A stretch of 64,000 nucleotides of DNA, taken from an uncultured bacterium (GTDB lineage Bacteria > Krumholzibacteriota > Krumholzibacteriia > Krumholzibacteriales > WJIX01). Under the pieces are notes generated by a model. The model saw nothing but the letters and a program-made list of their open reading frames with translations, was not told the DNA's origin and ran no database searches. Position numbers and translations under genes: made by a program. Shown piece after piece: positions 9,282 through 19,350 of the stretch; within the stretch, counting starts at the first letter, position 1; every line of letters begins with the position of its first letter. Where the stretch lies: contig CAZKNG010000002.1 in NCBI GenBank assembly GCA_964554125.1, forward strand, positions 3,785 to 67,784. Direction: 5' to 3'.

Positions 9282-11375
9282 ATGGAGAACGAACAGGTAG
9301 ATCTTGAAAAGGGGAATATCCCCGAGGAAAAAAATATAAAAAAGAAAGAAGGTGATACCAAAAGTAACGGGAAAACCGGTTATTTGAAAGAATTTGGAAA
9401 GGTACCCAGTGATGAGCTTAGTAGAGAAAACGAGAAAGACATTTTCTTATCTGACGGATCACTTGACGACAATATAGAAATAGTTGAGCTCAAGGAAGGC
9501 AGAATAGTCAATGGGAAGGTTTATTCTGTAGATGAAAAGGAAGTCGTTCTCGATATAGGGTTCAAAAGCGAAGGAGCTATCCCTATCGATCAGTTTCAGG
9601 ACTGCAAAGAAGTTAAAGCGGGGGACGAATTTGATGTATTTCTTGAAAAGCTTGAAAACCAGGACGGGCTTGTAGTTCTTTCAAAGAAGAAAGCTGATTT
9701 CCATAAAGCCTGGAACGCTATTAAAGACGCCTATGACAACGCGGAAACTGTCAAAGCTACTGTTGACAGAAGAATCAAGGGCGGTTTGATGATAAAGTTG
9801 ATGGGAGTTGACGCTTTTCTGCCCGGTTCACAAATAGCTTTAAGACAAATACCCAACCTCGAGGAACTGATAGGTGAAGAGCTTGAATGCCGAATCATTA
9901 AAATCAACAAACGCAGGCGTAATATTGTAGTATCGAGACGCATTGTACTTGAGAAACGCCGAGAAAAAGAAAAGGATAAGCTTCTAAGCGAACTTGAAGT
10001 TGGAGAGGTTCGTGAAGGTATAGTGAAGAATATAACAGACTTTGGAGCGTTTGTAGATCTCGGTGGAATCGATGGACTGCTTCATCTGACAGACCTCACG
10101 TGGGGCAGAATAAGCCATCCTTCTGAGTTTGTAGCTATCGGTGACAAGCTTCAGGTTAAAATTCTTGATTTTGATAAAGAACGTGAGAGAATTTCCCTGG
10201 GGCTCAAACAGCTCACGCCGTACCCGTGGGAAGATGTTGAAGAAAAATTTCCAGTCGGCGAAACAGTCAAAGGAAAGGTCGTTTCAATAACTGATTACGG
10301 AGCTTTTGTAGAACTTGAAAAAGGTGTTGAAGGCCTTATTCATATCTCCGAGATGTCTTGGACACGGCATGTGAAGCATCCCTCAAAGGTTGTAGGAATT
10401 TGCGACCAGATTGAAGCAGTTGTATTAAATGTCGATAAGAAGAATGAAAAAATTTCCCTGGGGCTCAAGCAGCTTGAACCGGACCCATGGAAATCTCTGG
10501 AGAAGAAGTACTCGCCCGGCACAAAACTTATCGGGAAGGTCAGAAACCTCACGAATTTTGGAGCATTTGTAGAAATAGAAGATGGAATAGACGGCCTTGT
10601 TCATATTTCCGATATGTCCTGGGCAAAAAGGGTGCGCCATCCTTCGGAAGTCCTTAAGAAGGGACAGGAGGTCGAGGTTGTAGTTCTCGATATAGATAGT
10701 GATAAAAGACGAATAAGTCTCGGGATAAAACAGGTCAAGGAAAATCCTTGGGATAAACTCGCGGAGGAATTTGCCGTCGGCAAAGAAACCGAGGGGAAAA
10801 TATCAAGGTTACTGGACCGGGGAGCCGTAGTTGAAATAAAAGATAATGTTGAAGGTTTTGTTCCACTGTCTCACATGGGGATTGAAAATTTGAAAAAGCC
10901 TTCACTTTATTTCGATACCGATTTCAAGGTCCCTTTGAAGGTTATCAAAATGGATCCATCCAACAAAAAGATCGTTTTGAGCATAAACGCTTACTTTGAG
11001 GATAAGGATGAATCGGAATTTGATGAATTCCGGAAAGGATTAAAGACCCCTGATCCATCTGAACTGTCGGATGAAAACGAACCTGAAGTTCCGAAAGACG
11101 ACTGGGATGATGATAAGGAGGATAAGGCTTCCGAAGTTGATGTGGAAGAAGATGATTTTGCTAAAGAAGAACCCCAAACGGAAAGTGATGAAGCAGAAGC
11201 TCAGGCAAAGACAGATGTCAAAGAGACCCCTGCTTCAGAAATGGAGGAAGCAGAAAAAGCAGAAGAGCCTCAAGAAGATACAGAAGAAACTTCAAAAGAG
11301 GAGGGACTTTCCGGGGAGGACGCAAATTCAGCTGATAAGCCTGAAGATAAAAAGAATGAAGAGGAAAAAGAGTAG
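9282..11375 (+). CDS. rpsA: 30S ribosomal protein S1 with N-terminal extension and ~110-aa polyacidic C-terminal tail
   Basis: Six tandem S1 domains (repeated GxV...GAFV..G..GL.H.S.. pattern); AAGGAG SD; tail rich in E/D/K. Confidence 0.9.
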   Translation: MENEQVDLEKGNIPEEKNIKKKEGDTKSNGKTGYLKEFGKVPSDELSRENEKDIFLSDGSLDDNIEIVELKEGRIVNGKVYSVDEKEVVLDIGFKSEGAIPIDQFQDCKEVKAGDEFDVFLEKLENQDGLVVLSKKKADFHKAWNAIKDAYDNAETVKATVDRRIKGGLMIKLMGVDAFLPGSQIALRQIPNLEELIGEELECRIIKINKRRRNIVVSRRIVLEKRREKEKDKLLSELEVGEVREGIVKNITDFGAFVDLGGIDGLLHLTDLTWGRISHPSEFVAIGDKLQVKILDFDKERERISLGLKQLTPYPWEDVEEKFPVGETVKGKVVSITDYGAFVELEKGVEGLIHISEMSWTRHVKHPSKVVGICDQIEAVVLNVDKKNEKISLGLKQLEPDPWKSLEKKYSPGTKLIGKVRNLTNFGAFVEIEDGIDGLVHISDMSWAKRVRHPSEVLKKGQEVEVVVLDIDSDKRRISLGIKQVKENPWDKLAEEFAVGKETEGKISRLLDRGAVVEIKDNVEGFVPLSHMGIENLKKPSLYFDTDFKVPLKVIKMDPSNKKIVLSINAYFEDKDESEFDEFRKGLKTPDPSELSDENEPEVPKDDWDDDKEDKASEVDVEEDDFAKEEPQTESDEAEAQAKTDVKETPASEMEEAEKAEEPQEDTEETSKEEGLSGEDANSADKPEDKKNEEEKE

Positions 11376-11407
11376 GTTTAGAATGAATCTACCTCTTTAC
11401 TAACTTG

Positions 11408-11440
11408 ATGAGGGTGGTATATCCACCCTCATTTATTTAA
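11408..11440 (+). terminator. Rho-independent terminator after rpsA
   Basis: Perfect 10-bp stem ATGAGGGTGG/CCACCCTCAT with 5-nt loop followed by TTATTTAAA. Confidence 0.7.
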
Positions 11441-11460
11441 ACTCGCGTTTATATCAGAAA

Positions 11461-12819
11461 ATGGAAAATGGACGAGTTATTAGAAGAAATACATTTTCAA
11501 TCAAAACACTTGGATGCAAACTGAATCAGTACGAATCTGAATGCCTCAGGTCCAATCTCGAGAAAATAGGGTTTGAGTTTCGTAAATTTTACGAAAAAGC
11601 TGATTTTTATATAATAAATACATGTACTGTTACCGGAAAAACAGATTCCAGATCACGGAATGCTGTAAGGCGGGCCAGGAGAAAAGCACCTGATTCGGTT
11701 ATTATTACAACAGGATGTTATGTGGAAAGCAATCCCCGGGATCTAGAGAAGATGGATGAAATAAACTATCTTGTGGGAAATAAAGATAAAAGCTACATAC
11801 CCTATCTCCTTGAATGTATAAGGGAGAACGGTAATAAGACTGAATTGAATATCGAAGATATCACTGAAAATAAGCCGAGGTTGGGATGCGAGATAGATCT
11901 GTTTCATGGGCATTCCCGCGCATTTATAAAGATACAGGATGGCTGTAACGCTTTTTGCAGCTACTGTATCATACCCTTTACGAGAGGAAGAAACAGAAGT
12001 GTAGCTCCCGACAATATAATCAGTCAAATAAAGCGTTTGGTGAAAAACGGTTATGAAGAGATAGTGTTGACCGGCATTCATATTGGGCGTTACGGCAAAG
12101 ATAGTGATTTCTCCGCCGATCTCGTAATGCTTTTAAGAAAGATTCTTAAAAACACTGAGGGTATTCGTATAAGATTCAGCAGCATTGAACCTACCGAGGT
12201 TACATCCGAATTGATTAAGCTGGTTTCTGAAACAAACAGAGTTGCTCCTCATTTTCATATTCCTCTTCAGAGCGGAGACAACAGTGTACTTAAAGCAATG
12301 AATAGACCCTATACGGTTGAACAGTATATTGAAAAAACAATGGAAATTGCCAGTTACATGCCTGATGCGGCGATAGGCACTGATATCATAGTAGGATTTC
12401 CCGGTGAGACTGATGATAACTTTAAGAATACCTGTTCACTGATCGAATCTGAATTACCAGTAAATTACCTGCATGTTTTTTCATATTCAGACAGGCCCGG
12501 AACGAGGGCAGAATCGCTTCCCGGAAAGATAGACCCGGAAACCAGGAAGAAAAGAAGCCGTGAGCTTATAGAAATTGGTAAAACAAAAAAAAGGGAGTTT
12601 CTGTTTTCTCAAAAGAATCGCAATGAAATCGCTCTTGTGCAGGAAAAATTAGATGCAGATGAAAGATTTTATAAATCTATTACTGGGAATTATTGCGAAA
12701 TCATTTTGCCGGCATCCTCAGCAGATTTAAGGGGTAAACTAGTACCTGTCAGGTTCAGCGGAAATAGAGGCGGACTTTTTTTCGGCGAAATCACAGGTGA
12801 ACCTCTTATCAAAGAATGA
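11461..12819 (+). CDS. mtaB: MiaB-like radical-SAM methylthiotransferase, MtaB (YqeV) type (tRNA ms2t6A)
   Basis: N-terminal FSIKTLGCKLNQYESE (MtaB-type MTTase domain), radical SAM CNAFCSYCIIPFTRG, C-terminal TRAM-like region. Confidence 0.75.
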   Translation: MENGRVIRRNTFSIKTLGCKLNQYESECLRSNLEKIGFEFRKFYEKADFYIINTCTVTGKTDSRSRNAVRRARRKAPDSVIITTGCYVESNPRDLEKMDEINYLVGNKDKSYIPYLLECIRENGNKTELNIEDITENKPRLGCEIDLFHGHSRAFIKIQDGCNAFCSYCIIPFTRGRNRSVAPDNIISQIKRLVKNGYEEIVLTGIHIGRYGKDSDFSADLVMLLRKILKNTEGIRIRFSSIEPTEVTSELIKLVSETNRVAPHFHIPLQSGDNSVLKAMNRPYTVEQYIEKTMEIASYMPDAAIGTDIIVGFPGETDDNFKNTCSLIESELPVNYLHVFSYSDRPGTRAESLPGKIDPETRKKRSRELIEIGKTKKREFLFSQKNRNEIALVQEKLDADERFYKSITGNYCEIILPASSADLRGKLVPVRFSGNRGGLFFGEITGEPLIKE

Positions 12820-14138
12820 AAGCGGACTCTATGAATAATAAAAAAATATATCTAAAAAGTTTTGGCTGTCAGATGAATGCTTTCGATACAGAGATGATCG
12901 GAGCTTTGTTAACAGAAGAAAACAACAACCGCATTACAGGAGATCCTCAGGATGCGGACATAATAATAGTAAATACATGCAGTATCAGAAAGCATGCTGA
13001 AACAAGGGCAATCAACCATCTTCACAAACTGTCCAGAATCAACAACGCCGTTCTAGCCGTATGTGGTTGCATGGCCCAAAGAATGGGGATTGAGCTTAAG
13101 AAAATAGTTCCCGGAATTGACATTATATCCGGACCGGATAATTATAAACAGTTGGTATCTATTCTTTCGGGGAATCTTGATGAAATCTCCAACACAATAC
13201 TTCTTGAAAGAAAACATGACACAACTTATAAACTTCCCCTGCGGTGTAATGAAGAGCAAATCAGACCCTCGAAATTTTTATCAATAACCAGGGGGTGTGA
13301 AAATTATTGTACCTATTGTATCGTCCCGTATCTCAGAGGAGATTTAAGGAGTAAAGCTCCAGATATCGTGATTAGCGAAATCAACAGAATGCACATAAGC
13401 GGAGTTAGAGAGGTAACTTTACTTGGACAGAATGTAATGGCTTATCAGTATGGAGACGTTGATTTTACCAGTCTGGTGGAATTGATTCTAGACAAGACAG
13501 GTATTGACAGGATTCGATTTCTTACTACTCACCCTAAAGATATAACAATGGAATTATTCCATATAATGGCTGCCAATAGTAGAGTATGTAATCATATACA
13601 CCTTCCGCTCCAATCCGGAAGCAACAGAATATTAAAGCTGATGGGAAGAAAATATACGCGTGAAGACTATATCTCCAGTGTTGAAGAAGCCAGGAAAATC
13701 GTTCCAGACCTCGCTATAACTACCGATATAATTGTAGGTTTCCCGACTGAAGATGAATCAGATTTTGAGAAGACAATGGAATTGATTGAATACATTCGAT
13801 TTGATTCAGCTTTTACTTTTAAATACTCGCCCAGGGAAGGAACCTCGGCATACAGAATGGATGATAACGTAAGTGTCGATACCAAAAAGAAACGTCTTGA
13901 GAGACTAAATAAAAGGGTAAAAGAAATACGTTATGATATTTTTAGTAAACTAAATGGCCGGAAATTCAAAATCCTGCTTGACGGAAGAACCAAAAAGGGT
14001 AAAAATCAATACATCAAGGGAAGAACCACACATTTTAGGAATGTGAAAGTTAATAAGAGTAGTTTAAAAGAAGGTGAGTTTATAAATGTAAAACTCAAGA
14101 AACTTGAAGGTTTTACATTTATAGGAGAAGAAATATAG
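12816..14138 (+). CDS. miaB: tRNA-2-methylthio-N6-dimethylallyladenosine synthase MiaB
   Basis: KIYLKSFGCQMNAFDTEMIGALL (MiaB N-terminus), radical SAM CENYCTYCIVPYLRG, TRAM C-terminus; ATGA overlap with mtaB. Confidence 0.85.
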   Translation: MKADSMNNKKIYLKSFGCQMNAFDTEMIGALLTEENNNRITGDPQDADIIIVNTCSIRKHAETRAINHLHKLSRINNAVLAVCGCMAQRMGIELKKIVPGIDIISGPDNYKQLVSILSGNLDEISNTILLERKHDTTYKLPLRCNEEQIRPSKFLSITRGCENYCTYCIVPYLRGDLRSKAPDIVISEINRMHISGVREVTLLGQNVMAYQYGDVDFTSLVELILDKTGIDRIRFLTTHPKDITMELFHIMAANSRVCNHIHLPLQSGSNRILKLMGRKYTREDYISSVEEARKIVPDLAITTDIIVGFPTEDESDFEKTMELIEYIRFDSAFTFKYSPREGTSAYRMDDNVSVDTKKKRLERLNKRVKEIRYDIFSKLNGRKFKILLDGRTKKGKNQYIKGRTTHFRNVKVNKSSLKEGEFINVKLKKLEGFTFIGEEI

Positions 14139-14150
14139 GGAGGTAATTCC

Positions 14151-14474
14151 GTGTGGATAGTAAGGGGAGTAGTTTTACTGATAGGAGCAATTGGGATTAT
14201 TTGGCTAGGTACAGAGAACGCGGGAACTAAAGTTACCTTTTATTTCTTTAACCATACACTTTACGATGTTACATTGAATCTCGTTATCATTACTTCTTTT
14301 ATCTCTGGTATGATTATCTGGGCAATAGGATCCTGGATACGTGAAATGCAGTTGCTTCTGCGGCTCAGGAAAGGAAAGAAGGAAAGAAAAAAGCTTCTTG
14401 ATGAAATTTCAGAATTAAGAAATATGCCTTTGAATGAAGAATCTTTAGATGAAGATGGACTAATTCAACCCTGA
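14151..14474 (+). CDS. lapA: Lipopolysaccharide assembly protein A (LapA/YciS, DUF1049); GTG start
   Basis: Two TM helices + basic LRLRKGKKERKKL region typical of DUF1049; immediately upstream of lapB; GGAGGT SD. Confidence 0.6.
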   Translation: MWIVRGVVLLIGAIGIIWLGTENAGTKVTFYFFNHTLYDVTLNLVIITSFISGMIIWAIGSWIREMQLLLRLRKGKKERKKLLDEISELRNMPLNEESLDEDGLIQP

Positions 14475-14494
14475 AATCATTAACCTAATCTATT

Positions 14495-15649
14495 ATGAAC
14501 ACTAAAATTATTTTGATTGCAATTCTCGCTGGAATCTTCCTTCTACTTGCGCTCCTGATCTGGATTGGGAGAAAGAAGAGGGAGCGATTGCCCAAATCTT
14601 TATATATAGAAGCTCTTTACGCACTCCTGGGCGGAAAGAAGAAACTTGCTCTGAGCTATCTAAAGGATGCGGTAAAAAAAGGCGAAAACAGGGTTGGGGC
14701 CTATATACTTCTGGGGAAACTGCTCAGAGAAAATGGTCAACCTCTTAAAGCTCTTCAGATACACAGGAGCATGGCAATTAGAAAGGATATTTCGGACGTT
14801 GAAAAAAACCGGATAAAACTGGCTATAGCAAGAGATCTTGCCGCTATCGGAAGAACAGATGAGGCAATAGATCTGCTCGAAGCTATTAAAAATATCAAGA
14901 GGAATAGAGAGGCGCTTCTTACCCTCAATAGATTAAACCACTTGAAAGGTAATTTCAAAAAGGCTTACAGGAATATAAAAGCAGCTTCTGAACTCGATCC
15001 TTCTATATCAAAAGATGTAGTAGCTTCTTATCTTGTATCAGCATCATCGATATGTCTGAAAGAAAAAAGGATTGAGGAATCTCTGAAATATTCCGATCTA
15101 GCTTTAAAATATAATTCCGATTTTCCATCAGCATTATATATGTCAGGAAAGGCCCTTGTTTCGAATGGCAGGAAGAGCAGGGCAATTGAAAAATGGGTTT
15201 CTCTCTTGAAAATCGATATATCTTTTTTCAGTCTGACAATAAGAATGATCGAGGAAACACTTTTTGAGGAACAGAAATTTCAGCAACTCGAAACGATCCT
15301 CAACGATCTATACCAACAGCACTCCGGAAATCCGGATATTTTTATTTCACTTGTTTCCTTCTATGAAAAGAAAGGTCAGCCTGAAAAGGTAATTCGTCTT
15401 TTCGAAAATGAAGCGGGACAACTGAAAATTAACAATTTAATAAAAATAGAGATGGCTCTTATATATATTAATAACGACCGTGTTGATAAAGCAATTCAAA
15501 CACTCAGAATTGATTCTGCAGAAAAAAAGAAAGAGAACCGATACATTTGTACTGTTTGTAATAATCAGGTAAACATTCCTCTTTCTTATTGTGAGAATTG
15601 CGGTGGTATTGATACTTTTAGAAAGTACAATGAAGAAATTCCTGATTAG
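14495..15649 (+). CDS. lapB: Lipopolysaccharide assembly protein B (LapB/YciM): N-terminal TM, TPR repeats, C-terminal rubredoxin-like zinc finger
   Basis: N-terminal TM helix, multiple TPR repeats, C-terminal CTVCNNQVNIPLSYCENCGG (CxxC-x11-CxxC) as in YciM. Confidence 0.75.
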   Translation: MNTKIILIAILAGIFLLLALLIWIGRKKRERLPKSLYIEALYALLGGKKKLALSYLKDAVKKGENRVGAYILLGKLLRENGQPLKALQIHRSMAIRKDISDVEKNRIKLAIARDLAAIGRTDEAIDLLEAIKNIKRNREALLTLNRLNHLKGNFKKAYRNIKAASELDPSISKDVVASYLVSASSICLKEKRIEESLKYSDLALKYNSDFPSALYMSGKALVSNGRKSRAIEKWVSLLKIDISFFSLTIRMIEETLFEEQKFQQLETILNDLYQQHSGNPDIFISLVSFYEKKGQPEKVIRLFENEAGQLKINNLIKIEMALIYINNDRVDKAIQTLRIDSAEKKKENRYICTVCNNQVNIPLSYCENCGGIDTFRKYNEEIPD

Positions 15650-16682
15650 TTCATCACTGCTTGCAGGCATCCTCCTGTTATTTCCCCGGATAACTGTATC
15701 TGTGCCTTATAGTCTCATCAAAGTAAAGAGGCATTTCGATCAGGTTAAATATACTGAAGCAAAGAAGGAGTTATTGAAGCTTGTGGATGATTTGAGAGGA
15801 AATAACTTTTATCATGGAAAACTCTTTCAGGCCCGTCTCGAAACCGATATCGGCAAGAGCACTAAGATTTACAAAGAGATTATTGCTTCACCCGGAAGCC
15901 CTGTCTCCTTTATTGCAAGAACCGAATTGGCTAAAATTTATTACTCACTTGGAAAATACAACAGGGCCCTTAAGTTGATAGAAAGGATTCCGGTATCCTC
16001 CGGATCAAGTATTCGTATGGAAGCCCTTTACTTCCGGGGATTGTGCTTCAAGGAATCAGGAGCACTGAGCAAAGCGAGGAAAGACTTTCTCAGGGTTGAC
16101 AAGGGAGAGTATCTCTATCGAAGTTATATGGAAAGAGCTCAACTTGATATGGAGGAAGGTAATTATCAAGGGGCGATCGAGAAATACGAAACTATAGGGG
16201 GGATTCATTCAAACCCATTAGCTGCCTTTAAATTAGGTGAATGTCTTGAGATAACCGGAGATTCACAAAAGGCTTTTGAAGTATATCGTTCGCTCAAGAA
16301 GTTGTTTCCAAAATCTATAGAGTCAGCGAAAGCAATTGATAAAATGCGTATCCTTGTTTCAGTGAAAAACAAAGATAAGGGCGAAGAAATGGCTGAATCA
16401 ATGGGACGTGCCGGAAATGAAGAAGATAGTATTACTGACAAACGAGACGCGTATACTATTCAATTCGGAGCGTTTCAGGACCGCCAGAATGCGTCAAGAG
16501 TTTCCTCGAAACTTTCCAGGCTGTTCCCGCATGTCAGAGTCGAATCTAAATATATAACTTCCGGTACGAAACTTTTCAGGGTCAGAGTCGGCAGATACAA
16601 CGAGAGAAAAAGCGCAGAAGAAGATTCTCTTCTGGCAACAGATAAGCTCGGACTTACCTGCAGAATTCTGACAATCAATTAA
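15630..16682 (+). CDS. TPR-repeat protein with C-terminal SPOR (septal peptidoglycan-binding) domain; start taken at MKKFL (signal peptide)
   Basis: Signal peptide MKKFLISSSLLAGILLLF, TPR-like helices, C-terminal YTIQFGAFQDRQNASRVSSKL...FRVRVGRY SPOR signature. Confidence 0.7.
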   Translation: MKKFLISSSLLAGILLLFPRITVSVPYSLIKVKRHFDQVKYTEAKKELLKLVDDLRGNNFYHGKLFQARLETDIGKSTKIYKEIIASPGSPVSFIARTELAKIYYSLGKYNRALKLIERIPVSSGSSIRMEALYFRGLCFKESGALSKARKDFLRVDKGEYLYRSYMERAQLDMEEGNYQGAIEKYETIGGIHSNPLAAFKLGECLEITGDSQKAFEVYRSLKKLFPKSIESAKAIDKMRILVSVKNKDKGEEMAESMGRAGNEEDSITDKRDAYTIQFGAFQDRQNASRVSSKLSRLFPHVRVESKYITSGTKLFRVRVGRYNERKSAEEDSLLATDKLGLTCRILTIN

Positions 16683-16683
16683 T

Positions 16684-19266
16684 ATGGCAATAAAACTAAC
16701 ACCACTTATGGCTCAATATCATGAGCTGAAGCAAAAATACAGCGACGGGATCCTGTTTTTTCAAGTAGGGGATTTCTATGAAACCTTTTATGAAGACGCG
16801 GAGGAGGTTTCAAGAATTCTTAATATAGCCCTTACTTCGCGGGATAAACAAAATCCTGTCCCCCTTGCCGGAGTCCCTATACATGCTGTTGACGCGTACG
16901 CGGCAAAACTTCTGCAGGCAGGGAAGAAGATTGTTATATGCGATCAGGTCGAGGAGGCCTCAGCATCAAAAGGCCTTGTCAAAAGAGCAGTAACGGATGT
17001 TATAACTCCGGGAACATCACTTTCACCCGCGACTCTAAGTGATAAAAAGAATGATTATGTTCTTTCTTTGAAGAGAGAAGGAAAACTGGTCGGATTTGCT
17101 GTTCTTTCACTTTCAACCGGTGAATTCAGTGTCGGGGAAGACGATATAAGTACTGTAGAAAATATGCTTGCTGTTACGAATATCCGTGAAGCTATTTATT
17201 CAGGTGATTCTTCTTCCATCAGGGATCTTATAGATAAAAATTCCCCGGGCTGTAAATTAGAAGATGTAAAACCCTATTATTTTAACTTTAACAGGGCGCG
17301 GGAGATTTTATTGAACCATTTCAATATTCAAAACCTCGTTGCTTTTGGTATTGAAAATAAGAGGGAAGCTACCGCGGCTGCGGGAGCTCTGCTTTCATAT
17401 GTTAAAAATCTCCGGCAGAATAACTTATCCCATATTACCAGAATTAAGTTTATAGACTCAAATGAAGCATTGATCCTCGACAGACAAACAGTCAGGAACC
17501 TGGAGCTTTTCAACCCGCTTCTGGGCGATTCTGATGAGATAACCCTGATAAAGAATATAGATCATACTAAAACGGCAGCGGGTGGAAGGATGCTCCGCTC
17601 CTGGATTATGAGACCGCTACGTGAATCGGAAGATATAAACCAAAGGCTGGACGCTGTGGAGGCTCTCTATTCCAATCAGATTTCCCTTCGCAAGATAAGA
17701 GAAACTCTCAAGAGATACCCTGACATTGAAAGAATAATATCAAGGATTTCGACATGTAGAGCGGGGCCCAGGGAACTTCTGCAGCTTCTGGAAGCTCTTA
17801 AGCGCTCTCCCGGACTAACCGGAATAATCGAAAATTTAAATGCAGGTTATCTGGATCTACATGCCGAATGTCTGGATGAACAGGTTGGAATTAAAAGTCT
17901 TATAAAGAATAGCATAAGCGAAGACTGCCCGGCTAATCTACGCGCCGGAGGTGTAATAAAGAGAGGTTTCAATAAAGAGCTCGACAGATTTATAACCGAA
18001 TCAGAGGAAGGAAAAGAGTGGATAGCCTCTCTCCAGGCGTCAGAACGGAAACAGACCGGTATATCTTCACTAAAAGTAGGTTATAATAAGATATTTGGTT
18101 ATTATATTGAAGTGTCAAATGTTCATACGGACAAAGTGCCGGAACACTATATCGGGAAACAGACTCTCGTGTCTTCTAAACGCTATGTAACAGAAGAACT
18201 TACAGAGAAAGAAGGGGCAGTACTTTCAGCCCAGGCAAAGAGAATTGAATATGAAAAGAAAATATATGCCGACATTTGCGGGAGAATCACAGAAAACAGC
18301 TTAGTACTGCAGAAAATAGCCCGCGGAGTTGCCGTACTTGACACCATTTCATCTCTGGCTCATTTAGCTCTTAAGAGAGATTACTGCAGACCTGAAGTAA
18401 ATGATTCAAATAATCTTATCATTAAGGATGGTCGGCATCCAGTTGTTGAGATTATATCGAAAAAGGGATTTATACCGAATGATATTATTCTCAGACCTTC
18501 TTACAGACAAATACTGCTTATTACCGGACCGAACATGGGAGGTAAATCAACTATAATCCGCCAGACTGCTCTTATCTCTATTCTCGCTCATGCCGGAAGT
18601 TTTGTTCCAGCTTCAACGGCGGAAATTGGGATTATGGACCGGATTTTTACAAGAGTCGGATCAAGTGATAATCTTGCCGCCGGGGAAAGCACTTTTCTTG
18701 TTGAAATGAGTGAAACGGCAAAAATACTTCATAACTGTACCTCAAAAAGTCTCGTTCTTCTTGATGAAGTGGGCCGGGGAACAAGTACAAGCGATGGTCT
18801 CAGTATCGCACAGGCCGTAACAGAATTTCTTTTAGATGAAACAAAAAGAAAACCAAAAACCCTTTTTGCAACCCACTATCAGGAACTTACCTCTCTATCT
18901 GATAGATATCCGCGGTTATGTAATATGAAGGTTTCAATAAAGGAATGGAACGATGAAATAATTTTTCTATACAAACTTGTCGAAGGAAAAAGTGACAAGA
19001 GTTACGGCATTCATGTAGCCCGCCTTGCCGGCCTTCCCAAAAAAGTTATTGAGAGGGCCAATTCTATCCTGCAGTCTCTTCAGAGAAATAATACAGATTA
19101 TTCCAAGCGGAATCTTCCTGACAGAGTTCAACCTTCGCTATTCTCAAAAGATGATCACATTGAAAAAATAATTAAAGTAATTGAAGAATGTGACGTTAAC
19201 AGAATTACTCCGATTCAGGCAATTCAGATTCTTTCAAAGCTCAAGAAATTGTCTAAAAAGAACTAA
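16684..19266 (+). CDS. mutS: DNA mismatch repair protein MutS
   Basis: MAIKLTPLMAQYHELKQKYSDGILFFQVGDFYETFYEDA mismatch-binding N-terminus; Walker A GPNMGGKST; 860 aa. Confidence 0.95.
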   Translation: MAIKLTPLMAQYHELKQKYSDGILFFQVGDFYETFYEDAEEVSRILNIALTSRDKQNPVPLAGVPIHAVDAYAAKLLQAGKKIVICDQVEEASASKGLVKRAVTDVITPGTSLSPATLSDKKNDYVLSLKREGKLVGFAVLSLSTGEFSVGEDDISTVENMLAVTNIREAIYSGDSSSIRDLIDKNSPGCKLEDVKPYYFNFNRAREILLNHFNIQNLVAFGIENKREATAAAGALLSYVKNLRQNNLSHITRIKFIDSNEALILDRQTVRNLELFNPLLGDSDEITLIKNIDHTKTAAGGRMLRSWIMRPLRESEDINQRLDAVEALYSNQISLRKIRETLKRYPDIERIISRISTCRAGPRELLQLLEALKRSPGLTGIIENLNAGYLDLHAECLDEQVGIKSLIKNSISEDCPANLRAGGVIKRGFNKELDRFITESEEGKEWIASLQASERKQTGISSLKVGYNKIFGYYIEVSNVHTDKVPEHYIGKQTLVSSKRYVTEELTEKEGAVLSAQAKRIEYEKKIYADICGRITENSLVLQKIARGVAVLDTISSLAHLALKRDYCRPEVNDSNNLIIKDGRHPVVEIISKKGFIPNDIILRPSYRQILLITGPNMGGKSTIIRQTALISILAHAGSFVPASTAEIGIMDRIFTRVGSSDNLAAGESTFLVEMSETAKILHNCTSKSLVLLDEVGRGTSTSDGLSIAQAVTEFLLDETKRKPKTLFATHYQELTSLSDRYPRLCNMKVSIKEWNDEIIFLYKLVEGKSDKSYGIHVARLAGLPKKVIERANSILQSLQRNNTDYSKRNLPDRVQPSLFSKDDHIEKIIKVIEECDVNRITPIQAIQILSKLKKLSKKN

Positions 19267-19350
19267 TTATACTCCTTATGGCTTAACATTTGCATATCAA
19301 TGCATTGTAAGTACTATACTATTCTAACAGGATAGATAAAGGTTATTCAG

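Noticed and set aside
11071-11403. 110-aa Lys/Arg-rich ORF on + strand
   Set aside because: Alternate reading frame of the GA-rich codons encoding the polyacidic tail of rpsA; low complexity and no start context
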